Of a stretch of DNA of 64,000 bases, positions 38,161 to 51,119 are shown in pieces. Numbering within the stretch: the stretch's first letter is position 1; every line of letters begins with the position of its first letter. Source of the DNA: Dimorphilus gyrociliatus (taxonomy: Eukaryota > Animalia > Annelida); NCBI GenBank assembly GCA_904063045.1, contig CAJFCJ010000005.1, positions 28,569 through 92,568 on the forward strand, read 5' to 3'. The translations under genes and the position numbers were made by a program. The notes under the pieces were generated by a model that searched no databases, had not been told where the DNA came from, and saw only the letters and a program-made list of their open reading frames with translations.

Positions 38161-39203
38161 TAGTAGCTGTTATATTTATATCAATATTTTTTATTGACCA
38201 ACAGTTTGGAATATCTGTAATAACACTGCTGTTTGTTCAAGATTTAGTTTAGATTATGATACTAATAATTTGAAGATAACAGAAATGCCATTGATTTATT
38301 CAAACTATGAAGGAAGATTTTTTGGAAGACAGAAACGATTGAAATGTACAAATAGGGAAAATTTTCAACACCTGAAATGTTTAAAAGGTCTCTTTCTTGG
38401 GTAAATATTTTTGTATTTTTATTTTTTAGATTAAAAGAATATATGTAAAGCTTCTGAACAAGGAAAATCTGTTGGGAAATGCAGTAAAATACTCTTGGTT
38501 TGAAAGGAAAATACTAGTCTTGTTCACTTTCTGTGTTCGATAAGTGGTAGTCATCTTTGTTTTTTTTATTACAATTATTACTTTTTTTACCTTTGACTGA
38601 AGGCTAATTGATTTTTGCATCTCTATTTCATCAAAGACTTTTATATTTTGAAGGTACTGATTACAAAAAAGTAAGTTGTTCATTAAATCTTTTTTAGGCC
38701 ATTGTGTCACGTTCGCCTTCAAATAACTTCTTTGCAAATTATGAATTTTTTGTAGGTGATGGCTGAATATAGAATATTTGGAAGAAAATATTACTTATTT
38801 AGAGAGGACAATGATACAACAAACTAAAATCAACTTTATCCTGTATTGTTCAAATATGCCTTGTAATGTGGCCATTGCAATCTATTAGATTCTATTTCAT
38901 ATGAGTTTAGCAATATTAAAGCTTCCATTGAATATTCTGCAAATGACAAATATTTCCATTGTCTTTTGTCACCTTCTGAAATCCAGTAAGAGTATATTCT
39001 AAAAACTGCAGTTAAAGAAATAATTTATATATTTCAATACATATAACTTGACAGGCTGTTTAGAAGTTGAGACCAGGTTGGCTTAGGCACTACTAAAACA
39101 ATGAACCATTTGTCATCGACTAATCTACCCCAGATGGATAAAGTAGTCAATATCTTAATATAATCTGTAGAAAAGTATGGGAAGATTTGAAAATGAAAAG
39201 ATG

Positions 39204-39874
39204 ATGAGTTGGCAATGCACAGTAGTCAGATGGGAGAATTAGCTATAATTAAACAATGGGACCGGTCGAAAACGGCCATAAATGAAATATTTGAAAGTTA
39301 GATTTCAGCCTGGGAAATGGTTAGGAGGAATAAGATAACTGTTGATATGTTCTTAGGAGGGTCCCATCTAAGGGTCAGGGGTATTCAAAAAGGTTAGGCA
39401 AAAACAAGGGCTGGGTTAGGGTTAGGGTTAGGGTAAAACCATACATTTATGGCCGTTTTCTACCACATCCTTAAACAATGTTCATCAATAGACTCAACAG
39501 AAGTGGTTTGTGACATAAGAGTGATAAAAAAGGATAACAAATGTTCTCAATTGTTACTTGTCACCATGAACAACCTGCTTTTCCAAGTGGAACCATTTAC
39601 TCATGTTTTACAGCAAGTCAATCTGGAAGAAATTACCTATAATGAGTGTAAGTCAAACAAGTTGTCCTACAAGACAACTCACAACCCATTAAATCCTTTA
39701 AGAAACCAACCAATGAAAGACAAAACTCTGCTATTGAACTCTCATATTACTACTTGCTTAAATATTATTATTTCGAATAAACCATTTTAATTTAAACATT
39801 TGTTTAAAGTTTTGAGTAAAACCAGTATTGTTATAACTTGAAAATGTATAAATTTGCCAAGCAATAGCAGTACA
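39204..39874 (+). mobile_element. Internally deleted derivative of the env-bearing retroelement (env fragment fused to LTR-A 3' end)
   Basis: 39204-39727 matches env 55778-56078; it then joins LTR sequence (CTCTGCTATTGAACTCTC..GCAGTACA, ending 39874). Confidence 0.85.
39258..39470. mobile_element. MULE-type MITE, 213 bp, inserted in the env fragment
   Basis: TSD TTAAACAAT (39249-39257, 39471-39479); the empty site is seen in env at ~55822; TIR GAAAACGGCCATAAATG; internal (TTAGGG)3. Confidence 0.9.
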
Positions 39875-41218
39875 CTATACCTCCATTTTTCTTCATTTTC
39901 TATATAATTTTTACCAGAATTATAGATGTCAGCACTGCGTATTCCTAAAAAATACACTGAAGATAGAAAATCACTAAATGCTACATTAAAACGATATAAT
40001 CTGTGCACTTAAAAATATCAACATAATAATATTTAGACTTTAGATATTATAGAACTATAGAATGACTTTTATTTCGTAGCAATTATAATTGTGGAGCTTT
40101 TGAAAGATGTTTATTAGATTCTAGAACTTTAAAAAGGCCTTTGTTTCGTAGGAAACATATTCTATGACCAAAACAGATGTTGCATTATGCAATTAACAAT
40201 GGAACAAACAATATAGAAAAAATGCATGTCAAACATGTTTCATCTTATTCAAAAACAGATGCGGAAGAGGCAGGCTTGTTTTTGCACTGCCACATGTTAG
40301 CCATAAGTGATGCAATAGTTTTTCATATCTTTGTTATATGTGCATTGTGAGACTGTTACATTTCAACTTTGTAATCTTTTGACCAAGTGAACCCAAGCTT
40401 TGGTAAATGTATAAAAGGAAATACATTTCCCCAGTTTGTCAGTTCAATTCTGTAACTGTCAGCTGGTTGTTTAAACTTGCTTATTTAGAACTAGAAACTC
40501 ATTGACTCAATACATATTCTTTAAATGAAGTACTGGCATTCTGCTGATTAATTTCTACCAAAATTTCATTTTTTAAGACTACTTGTGGACGAATTTGAAA
40601 GGTTCTATGTGGTGTGAGTACTTTGGTGAGTTGATAAATGATTGAAAAGGACGAATACTGTTCAGAAGAAACAGAAATACCTACAATTACAATACAACAA
40701 AGTACATAATCTAAATGTTTGTTTATCTTTTAATACAATGTGAGAAAGTGCAGCTATGTTGCCAAAATACCAAAATTTTTTTTAATTGTTTTTTAAATAA
40801 AAAATCTAGAGTGAAATTTTCAAACCTCAATATTTTAATCATCTCCAGAGACAATCATTTAAACTATCAAAAACGTTTTAAGCTGAATACAATATCCTTC
40901 ACTATCACATTTATATTGATCAGGTGAGCATTGAGTACTTAAACAGGAAAGACTTGTTCTCTCTACAGAAAAACTAGGATTTGCATAAATATTTCTATTT
41001 CTATCTATTTGAAGTGTGCATGACTCATTAGAAATTCTAATGGCAGAACATAAAGGATTTTGTGAGCAAGAAGTCTCATCACTACCATTAACACAGTTTG
41101 GTATTCCATTACATTCAAGAGATCTTGAAATGCAACTATCTAGGCACAAATTTGTTTTTGAAATGTACAAGCTGCAAGTAAAAACAATTAGATCATTTAG
41201 ATTTGTGAAAGATAACAA
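39875..41218 (-). pseudogene. GRL101/RXFP-like LDLa-(LRR)-7TM receptor remnant
   Basis: LDLa CISRSLECNGIPNCVNGSDETSC and CSPDQYKCDSEGYCI; TM1 end GNIAALSHIVLKDKQTFR|LYRFNVAFSDFLSSVYFLGIRSADIYNSGKNYIENEEKWRYS, split by two LTR-derived insertions. Confidence 0.7.
40002..40706 (+). mobile_element. Solo LTR of family B, 705 bp
   Basis: Starts TGTGCAC, ends AAGTACA; 5-bp TSD TAATC (39997-40001, 40707-40711); the empty site is reconstructed by the paralogous sequence at ~41915-41940. Confidence 0.8.
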
Positions 41219-41859
41219 TAAAGAAGCGTATAGAATTTCTTGTCATAGCTAATAGAAAGTTAAGGGCAAAATTTGGTTACTAATCTTGTAACATTCCATA
41301 AAGAAATTAAATAGAAAGAGTATCAAAGCTTAAAAAAACAAATTAGCCTGAAAAGATGTCAAAAAATGTAAAATCCCATTCTTTGGGATATTTTTTCCCA
41401 ACTCCTAAGACGTTTTTTCCCGAGTAGATGGCGTTTTGGAAATTATATTTTTATTACTGTTTATCTATTTTTTTGTGTAAAGCTCCAACTATTTTCACAT
41501 TAGTTCTGTTTGTTTAGAGTTGGGAGAAGATGTCTGATTAGGTTCAAGTTTCAGGCATCTCTAACAGAGCAGTGAACTTTTCATAAGAAATCCTCATCTA
41601 TGAAGATTTTTGTCTGAGAAGATGATCAATTATTAGAAAAACAGAATATTGAAATGAAGAGAAAAATATTTGAAATTTGGGAAAATTATACACTCGGACG
41701 GCTAATGGCTGATGAAATATTAGCTTCATTACCTTGGCTGGGCATTTCGTCCCTTTTTCCTGGACATTACATTCCTTTAGCAGGGACATTTTTTTATGAT
41801 TTGGTTAGTTTAACCATGTATCAAAAATTTTAAAGGCTATAAGTTGGATTTTTTTTATA

Positions 41860-41990
41860 TTTGGTATTTTTGGCAATATAGCTGCACTTTCTCACATTGC
41901 ATTAAAAGATAAACAAACATCTAGATTTTATCGTTTTAATGTAGCGTTTAGTGATTTTCTATCTTCAGAGTATATTTTAGGAATATGCAG
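41860..41990 (+). repeat. Inverted duplicate of the receptor TM1-TM2 segment lacking the solo LTR
   Basis: GGTATTTTTGGCAATATAGCTGCACTTTCTCACATTGCATTAAAAGATAAACAAACATCTAGATTTTATCGTTTTAATGTAGCG corresponds to the reverse complement of 40707-40765 joined to 39940-40001. Confidence 0.85.
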
Positions 41991-43984
41991 TGTTTGAAAA
42001 ATGATAGTTTCATATTTTCTAACAACTTTGTTTTTTCTCTTCTACAAACTATGTTTAGTCAGAATGTAAACTTGGGAATTATTTTGACTAATTTCTTTAA
42101 TTTATTAACTGTTTACTTTATGGCAAGTAAGCTGACACAAAATAAATTTAAAAAAATGGCTGAGGTAAAATGGTTATAACCCTGATTCTAAATCATCTGT
42201 CAATAGATAACCATTGTATAACCATTCGTTTTAGAGTTATATGATTAGTGTATGGGTTTAAGGATCAAGCAAAATAAAAGCAAGGTAAAAATGAAATATG
42301 TGACCCTCTGGTCTTTTCTAAGGTCAAACAGCCGCTAATAGTCTAAATAGTAATGGCATTAGCAAGAGTATCAAATATTTATTTAACAGAAGGATTTCCT
42401 CTAAAATTATTTACAGACTGTACTCTCTTGTATAGTAGGAATTTCTCATTCGTCACAACTGTATTTGTCCTTTCCAATCATTTACTAATTCACCAAAGTA
42501 CTCAAACAAATAGAATCTTTCAAGTTAGTCCACAATTATTCTTAATAAGTGTAATTTTGGCAGAAATCAATATTCAGTAAGCAGTGCACTAGAAGATACT
42601 TCTCTCTCTTTCTCCCTATCTTTTGCTCTCTTTCTCTCTCCATTCCCATTTTCAAACTGACAAACTTAATCATTCTTTCTTGAGTACTTTCTCATACTCT
42701 TCATAGGAACCTTAGCTCAAATATTACTTTTCATTGCACCAGAAATTTATTATTAAAAAAAAAGTCTGATAATAATTTAATGAATAACTAAACATAATTA
42801 TAGAAAATATAGACATAAATGATTTATTAGTATGCTTAACGCCATTTCTTTCTACAGTAGCTATCTCAGCAATTTCAGATGTTTTTCTTTGTTTTGCAGA
42901 AGTAGTAAAATTACTTGAAACTTTAAATTGTGACATCTAAAAACACGACATACAAAGGATGTAAAAAGGGACATAATGAATGAAAAATTTACAATATTCA
43001 AATATATTATTACAATTAAATGAACATTTCTACTATTTGTGCTCAAAAAAATGATAAAAAAGACAGTTACTGATTGCAGCATGATTTAAATATATTTTAT
43101 AACAACCAGTTACAATTTATAGACAATTTAGTTCTTTGAAAACACTATTTTGGAGTAATGGAGACACTGCTCAATGTCACAGTGCTGGTAGAAGGTCTTT
43201 GTTTAGCCAAAAATTTTCCTAATCATTCTAGGCAGAAAAAATTATTCTTTTTTATTTATTTCAGGAATATGAATTTTTACAAAAAGGAGATGTTGATTAA
43301 ATCATAAAATTGAGTATGACAATCTCATATGGCCAATTTGCTCAAAGCATTTGGATTTAAGAACATTGTCATATTAACATTTTTACATTGCTGAAAATTT
43401 TTATCATCCTTTAAGAAATGTCATATGTGATTTCTTCAAGTATTTTAAATAGAAAAACAAACATAATTTATTTGAATGTGTAGAGGAATAATTGAATTTT
43501 GTTTTGTTGATTGTGAATTTTATAAGAAAATGATTAAAAAAGCAAAAAACAAAAAAAAATTAGACTTACTTATCATTTCAAAAATTGAATTGTCATTGTT
43601 TCTCTTGCAGCCCCTTCAAAAAAATTATGGCGTCACTTCAACAGCTGACATGCTATGTACAAATTTTTAAAAATATTCTCCAAATTTCAAATGCAATGTA
43701 ATTTGCATTCTAATGCAAAAAACTACTAGCAATACACCTCAGAATTTATTCAGATAAACAGATAGTAGTCAAAAACACAGGAAATTTTTAAACAAATGGT
43801 GAAAAAAAAAGAATGTTTCTAAATTAAATATTTAGCAACAAGGAAAAAGAAACACTTGGCTCCCATCCAGGATCTTCATTTTCATGGTCAACAGCAACAG
43901 TTGTTGAATAATACACTGCATACAAAGCTTACTTACAACTCCTAAATTTGCATATTCGCACTAATCTTGATTACTTAGAATTGA

Positions 43985-45979
43985 TTATTCAATCCTTCTC
44001 AAAAAGACAATATATTTCTTGTCATTGTCATGAGTACGCTCATTGCTGCCATAGCTTATTATAACCTTTTTAGTTTGTAGTGAAAAGTCAAACATTGACA
44101 TTAATTTCGATTTATGATAGATAACTGCTCCCATCAAACAAAAGTGACAATTGCCTATTTTTAATTGAAAACGATAGTCTTTAAGAAAGTTGAAATAATC
44201 AATGTTTGATACTTCAAGAACTAAATAATTATAATTTAAGCAGAACATGTAACTATTGCAATCAAACTGAATACAGTATGTATGATTTTCTGTTGTGCAA
44301 TACAAATAAATTGGATATATACGTTTGTTAAAATCGTAAAAATATTCACCAAGAACCAGTCTAAAAATATTATTTTCATCGCTATTGTTATCTATAGCAT
44401 ATCCTTTTTCGTAATATTTGAACCATGCAGTACTGTGTCTTGGTTTATAAGCAAATAGTAAAGATGGTTTTACAATAAGAAATGGGTTTTTTAAATTTAT
44501 ACTTTTATCTATCATTATCTTAATAGAACTCGGATCCGGCTCTGTTAGAGATATTTGCGATTCGATTTCAAATCCAATAGGAAAGTGATCACTAAATGTA
44601 ATATTGTAAAATGGTTTTCCACTATGTTGAACAAAAATTTTTTTTATATCATTCCCTTTGATATATAATCTAAAAATTGGAAAAAAGAGAAGCAATATAA
44701 TTTTGTAATTGAAACATTAAATTCAAACTAGAAATGTTCTTTCAAACCTATCATAGTATGTTCTTGAGTTTGGTTTTGTGTACAACATGTCTGAAGACAT
44801 GACACAAGGCTCCCATCTCCATTCTTTTATTTTACCAAGAAAATAATGTATTTTTTCTTTCTTCATAAATGCCGTTCCAAGATTAAGATCTCCGCCAATT
44901 ATAAAATTTTTTTGTGTTTCCTATGCAAAATGATAATTAATTGTTTGTAAAATTACAACTAGTGTAACTATACTTATGTACATTTTCTAAGATTGAAACT
45001 ACATCATTTAGCTTGTTTAGCTCTGAAAAAGTTTTACCACTTTCTGTAGTTATGTGCAAAGGAATGAATATAAACTCTTCAAGAAGACAAAACTTGGTTT
45101 GAAATAAAACAATGAATGGTGTGAATTTGAAATGTCCTTGTAAATTTTCAATTTTTCCTTCATCATAATTCGGTTTCATGGCAATAAAATATCTCGTATT
45201 GTAAAAGTAAACACATTTTTCCTTCTCACCATCATAACTGCTCTCCAATTTGTAATATAAACAATGCTGAGAATTGTTCTCTAACTTCCAAAGATGCCGT
45301 TCTAGTCCTTTAATATTAATATTGCTTTGAGAAACTTCTAGTAGCACTATTAAATCAAAATATTGGATAGCCTGTCAAATATAGAAATATCTAAATGGTT
45401 TTTCATTGGAAATAGCTTCATCTTACCTTGCTAAGAGCAACTATATCATCGTGTTTCCTTATATTAAATGTTCCAATACGAATATTTTCAATTCGATTTA
45501 GGCCCATATCCATTGTGTCGTCATTAAGCTCAAAATCTATTTCAAAAACATCATGAGGGTTGAAATCGTTTAATGTAACACTTATCTCCCCATGAAAAAT
45601 TACACTTCCTTTCAAAGATATTTTTACTTTATCTTTGATATTCAAGAATTTGATTATTAGTTCTGGAGGATCAGCTGTTGCTACTGAATACAATTTTAAT
45701 GGTCTCTGCTTCAAAGGTTCTCCTAAATTAGCAGCAGTATCAGGATATGGAAAAAAAATACCATTAGGCTTTTCATTACACCGATCATATGATACATAAT
45801 GAAGTAGTTTTTTCACAGGAATTTCAACATGTTGCCGATTATTCCTTTTTTCCGAAAGAGATAAATTTTCTAAATCCTTGTTTAGATCTTGATCTTCGTA
45901 ATTCTACAGAGATAATTTTTATAAAACCTGATTAAATGTTGTTATTTGATTTAAACATTCTTACAGTTTTTGCTGCCAT
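43985..45979 (-). CDS. DNase I-like (EEP superfamily) protein, ~579 aa, no signal peptide, long N- and C-terminal extensions
   Basis: Exons 45979-45965, 45903-45427, 45371-44982, 44920-44748, 44669-43985 (introns 61, 55, 61, 78 nt) give an open 1740-nt CDS containing RIGTFNI, FDLIVLLEV, KEKCVYFY, PFIVLF..FIFIPLH, IIGGDLN, YYDRLYI and FSDHFPI in DNase I order. Confidence 0.85.
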
Positions 45980-46727
45980 GTTTATTTCCAGAAGAATTAT
46001 TCAGAGTATTGATTTCCAGTTGCTAAGAGATTTGACCTTATTATGATCCTATTATTTAGTATATTATTGATTTCTTTTGATTTTGCATTTAAATGCAGTG
46101 AAGGTGAAACTTTTAAATAATTTCTGTTTTACACTCTAAATGGTATTTTATTGTTTCTCAAAATAGGGAAATATTGCACTCAATACAAAGACATAAACAG
46201 TAAAGAAGTTATTATAAAACTGAGCAAATGCAGTTTCAACACAAGTTAAATAGGTGAAAGTAGTCCTATGCAAATTGACCATACTACTATAGCATAATTC
46301 ACAGCCTTCTCCAAATGAATCTGACATTGATTTTTTTTTCGAATTTGAAAACTTTCAAGAAAACAGAATATGAGATTGTACTTTCCTGCTGTTGTTTCGT
46401 AGGTAAGTACTGGCTCAAATAGAACCTAATTACGAGTAAGCCACTTAGAAGAGAGATGTTAAATTGAGGGAAGATTAAAAAAGACTGAAGCTCAGATTTT
46501 GGAAAATTGATTTAAAATATATTTTTCACATTAGATATGTGTCACTTTACAAGTTCAAATAGTTGCTTCAATTAAGCCTCTGACCGTAGAAACCCATGTA
46601 TTCAACAGGATCATACTTTCGATTTTAAAATTCATGGATACATCTTGGAATTTAGCATGTTCCAGCAAAACTTTTTCCAGTAACTTCCTTGAAAGGGATT
46701 AATGTTTAATTGTTGTGATCATCATTG

Positions 46728-47326
46728 TGTACTGCTCTTGCTGGCAAAATCTATGCGTTTGCAAGTTATAACAATACTGGTTCTACTCGAACCTTTAAAC
46801 AAATGTTTAAATTAAAACAGTTTATTCGCAATAATAATACTTAAGCAAGTAACAATATGAGAGTTTGATAGCAGAGTAGATAGTTTGCAAAAGCAGGTTG
46901 CCAAATTACCAAACTGTCTTCTAATGTTGAGGAGTAGATGGATGGTTCCAGTGGAGGTTGTTTCCAGATGATTTTCCTAGGTCCTTGGGTCCAGATGGAA
47001 GCTGCATGCCGAATGAGAATAGTGAGGATTTATATACTTTGAGGTTTGCCTCTGACATCCAATCATCACTTTACAGTTGCCGAAATGTGTAGTTCATATT
47101 TATGTTTAGTAAGAGGATGTTACAAGGTTGAACATTTAGGAAGGTTAATTGAATTATAACTTGGCCAAACCTTTATTGGTAATTAAAGATGAGCCTTCAA
47201 GCTGACTAATCAGACTTATGTTTGGCCAATGTTATAGCATTTTCTTGCCTAGGTTTTAAGATGTACATGTATATGTTGCATAAAATAATAGAGTTCAAGC
47301 ATGTAAAATATAACCAAAGTTGTACA
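46728..47326 (-). repeat. 3' LTR (family A), 599 bp
   Basis: TGTACAAC...GCAGTACA termini; similarity to the right copy stops exactly at 46728. Confidence 0.85.
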
Positions 47327-47327
47327 A

Positions 47328-47341
47328 CTTCCCCCTTCTTT
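47328..47341 (-). other. Polypurine tract
   Basis: AAAGAAGGGGGAAG immediately before the LTR start. Confidence 0.8.
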
Positions 47342-47357
47342 GTGAAGATGAGTCCCT

Positions 47358-50300
47358 TCATCTTGATTTAATGAGAATTACAGGTGGTTGTTCTTCTTCA
47401 TTAGTTTGATGTTGACTAAAGCTACAACTTTGTTTCATTAGTTTTGGGTTTTCAGGAGAGTTATCTGTGCTCTCACTTGGGGTAGTGGTTTCTTCTCTTT
47501 GTTTTCTTCTTCCAATAATATAGTTGAAAATGATGATACATACCATTGACACTACAATACTCAAACAAATATTTTGTATGATAACATAAAGTGTTTTCCC
47601 AGGTTTATAGTACCAACTATGGAAAAACTGTTTAATTCCAGATAAATTGGGTACAATGCCATTTTTCTCTGCAACAGTGACCATGTTATCATACCTTGCC
47701 TGCTTCTGTTCCAGTGAACTGATAACTTGCTTAATTTTTGAGTGCTGGTATGCAATATCCTTCTTTACCCCATGGTGGAGTAGATCAGCTAATCTGGCAA
47801 TTTCAATTTTTGGTTCAGAAAGGTGATTGTGGATATGTAACTGCATGGATTTTGCAGACACAGTGTGAAATTTGCATCCTCTTTCTGAATAATACACATA
47901 CGTTTTGTCTTTCATTGGTTGGTTTCTTATAGGATTTAATGGGTTGTGAGTTGTTTTGTAGAATAACTTGTTAGACTTACACTCATTATAGGTAATCTCT
48001 TCAGGATTGACTTGCTGTAAAACATGAGTAGCTGGTTCTACTTGGAAAAGCAGGTTGTTCATGGTGACAAGTAAAAATTGAGAACATTTGTTATTCTTTT
48101 TTATTATGCTTAAGTCACAAACTACTTCTGTTGAGGCTATTGGTGAACATTGTTTAATTATAGCTAATTCTCCCATCTGACTACTGTGCATTCCCAACTC
48201 ATTTGTTAACACTGTGGTCAATTGAGGATCCAAATTTGCTAGTAATGCCATCATCCTGCTTCTTTGAACAAATTGATTGCAGAGAAGACTTGACAGCTGT
48301 TGGGTAAACTTTTTTAAATTCTTAAAATTTGAATCAATGCCATGTAGTAAGGTAGATGTTTGGGCAGCTTCTCTCATTTCCAATGGGAATTTGTGGTATG
48401 GGTTTTTACTTATATTATGTTTCAGTTTTGCTTCCTTCTTCATCTGCTTTTTAGCCATTCGCATGTGTAGAGTAAAATAAATTCCTTCATGGGTAATCTT
48501 AAATTCTCTGGCTGGTGGTCCTTTATACCATATGCCCAATGTTGGTAATACCTTCTTTTTGATTCTTTTCTCACTGTATACATATTTTGAAATTGTAACA
48601 GATTGTCTTGTTGCCCTTGTCCAATTGACTGCTTGCAGCATTTCTTGGATGTAATAGTTATCCAGCTCCCAGTAAGATGGACTAATGGGTTGTTGTAGAT
48701 GATATATCACAACTTCCTTGAGTGTGCCTTTATTTCTCATTAGTTTATACTTTGTGTTTGTTTCTCTATACCATTGGTTAAGACTTGGTAAGGGGTTGTT
48801 TCGCTTGTATAGTATAATTTGTTCTTTCACTTTATTGGGATAGTTTAATAGTCATTTTTCTTCATTTTTTCCAATCTTCTGATATTGTAGCAAATTGTAT
48901 AGGTGTTCCTTGCTTGTTTCCTGTATTAAACTCTGTTTCTCCAGTGGTACTAGTACTTTTGTTCCAGGACCACCAATTCCATCAATGAACTTATCTTGAT
49001 AAGGGATGTCCAGAATAGAATACCCTGGACAAGAATAGTGACCAGCAAATTTGATACAACTAATTCTGTTGCTAATTTTTGTCCATGGTGATTGTTGCCC
49101 AAGTGTGTAATTATTCTTGAGGTTTCTAGAGACAATAATTGCCTCTTCTGTCTCACAATAGGACTGCCCTGGTAAACAATCTTCCAGGTAGTCCAGATTA
49201 GTTGTAATTTTCATATTAGGAGGTTGCCAATATGCTTTGCCAAACTGGATAATTGTGGTGTATTCCAGCACCTTGGTAGTTGTTGGCCATGTGTAGGCAG
49301 CAGGAAACTGATCTTGGTGGATCCAAGTGTTTCTTTTCACCATTAAAGGTTTTCCTTGAAAAGATTGTTTGTCTTTTACCATCTGTCTGCATTGATCATG
49401 AGTTACTTTAATAACTGAGTTAACAATTCTCCTCTTCTTTGCTCCAAAGAAATAGTAAGTGTAAAAGTTAGTTCTTAGATACACTTGACATTTTACTGCT
49501 CTTGTTTCAATTTCTTCCAAGTTCAATTCATAGATATCAGCTGTAATTGTCTTGATTTCTTCTGATTCTATATTACAAGTTGGCTCATCTGCTAGATCAA
49601 ATGCTTGGCTTGGTAGTTGGTTAGAACAAAAGTATAACAGTGGTTTAAATGTTAAGGTAATGTTTGCACTTGTAACATGTGCACCTTGGTAGGATGGTTT
49701 CAGAACTGTTATTGAGTGGATGCAGCCACAGATCACCATTACAGTCATCACTAGTGGAAGCCACAACATCTGTTTCATGTTAGCTCTTCCTGTGTTGGCT
49801 ATAGTTGAATGGTTGAAAATTTTGTGTTGTTGTTCCACTCTGATAGTTATTCCATCTTCTAACTCTATATATTGTGGTTCCACTTCTTGTTGGGAATCTA
49901 ATTGTTCAGAGATGATTTTAGTCTCATCTAAAAATATGACTGACTCATTGTCTGTGTCACTTGTATTTTCTTTCTCATCTTGGGATGAATCTACCACTAT
50001 GATGGACTCATCATCTGAATGGGTTATGTCAATAATTTCACCTTCAATAGTTGTTGACTCATTATCAGAATGGGTTATATCAATAATTTCACTTTCAATA
50101 ATTATTGACTCATTGTCTGAACTAGATATTTCATCTTCTCTATCAGAGATAATGTTTGCCTCTGAATCTGTATTTTGATCCAGTTCATTATTTGTTTCTG
50201 TGTCATCACTTTCAGATGAGCTTGAAGGTTCATTGAGACTGTAATTACTGTCTGTTTCGAAAGTATTGCTTGTGTCATAACCAGTATCAGAATTAGTAAC

Positions 50301-51119
50301 TTCCATCTCTGAGTCATCACTATCTGAGCTTTCTGATGAAGAGTCATGCTGTCCCATCATGGCTATAGTGACTTTGTTTAGTTGAGGTTGCCTTATTCTT
50401 TCAGCCAGGTTCCCTTTCCTTCTATCAAATTTGAGAGAACACTGTTTAGCTTCAAAATTGAGGTTTGCTCCCACAGTTTGAAGGAAATCACAACCAAGTA
50501 TTATTGCTATGTCTAGATTTTCCATAATGATAAATTCTTGTTCCATACTTTCTCCAGCAAATTGGATATTCAGCTTTACGCTTCCTTTTTGCTTTAAAGC
50601 TTTCCCATCAGCTGAAGTTATAATTGGTAAGCCAATTGTTTCTTTATCCATAATTGTAACATCCATTAACTTGATTTCTTTTTCAGTAATAAAGGATCTC
50701 AATGCTCCTGTATCACACAAGGCAATGACTTCTCTGCCTTTGTGATTCTTCAAATGGAATTGGAAGTCATTTCTTCCTTCTACCTGAGAAAGATATTGGA
50801 GGTGTGTTATTTCCTTCTCCACAAGGTGAAAGATTGTTGTTGTTTCTTTCCCTGTTTCCAACTTATTAGATTCATTGGCTAGTCTTAATCTGCTACCATG
50901 TACAAACTTGCATGTATTATCATCCATTTGTATTTCATATATCCACTTTTGATGATTGAATTTTGTTATTCGGTATGGGCCTAACCATTTTAAAGAAGGG
51001 ATTTTTGTTATTGCAATTCTTGCAGCATCATTTCTTAAGAATACTTCATCATCAACCTCAAAATATTTTGGAAGATTGAGATTTCTATTCTTTCTTTCCC
51101 TATATTGTTCTTTTGCCAT
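47358..51119 (-). pseudogene. Integrase C-term / aspartic protease / acidic spacer / envelope polyprotein frame, 1253 codons with one internal TGA (48852-48854)
   Basis: ORFs 48852-51119 and 47358-48830 are in the same frame; the TGA corresponds to CGA in the right copy. KWLGPYRI (GPY/F), LCDTGA..IILGCDFL (retropepsin), signal-like MLWLPLVMTVMVICGC, TM NICLSIVVSMVCIIIFNYII. Confidence 0.85.

Noticed and set aside
38200-39170. Possible short minus-strand exons (YIKILTTLSIWGRLVDDKWF.., FRIYSYWISEGDKRQW..)
   Set aside because: No recognisable motif, and I could not assemble a consistent stop-free model.
39414-39436. Interstitial telomere or chromosome-end signal
   Set aside because: Only about three TTAGGG units, located inside a TSD-bounded MITE.
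39996-40712. Insertion first read as a 7-bp TSD DNA transposon or as a GT..AG intron
   Set aside because: TG..CA termini with a 5-bp TSD explain the 7-bp overlap; splicing at the available GT/AG would leave 5 extra nt and not restore the frame.
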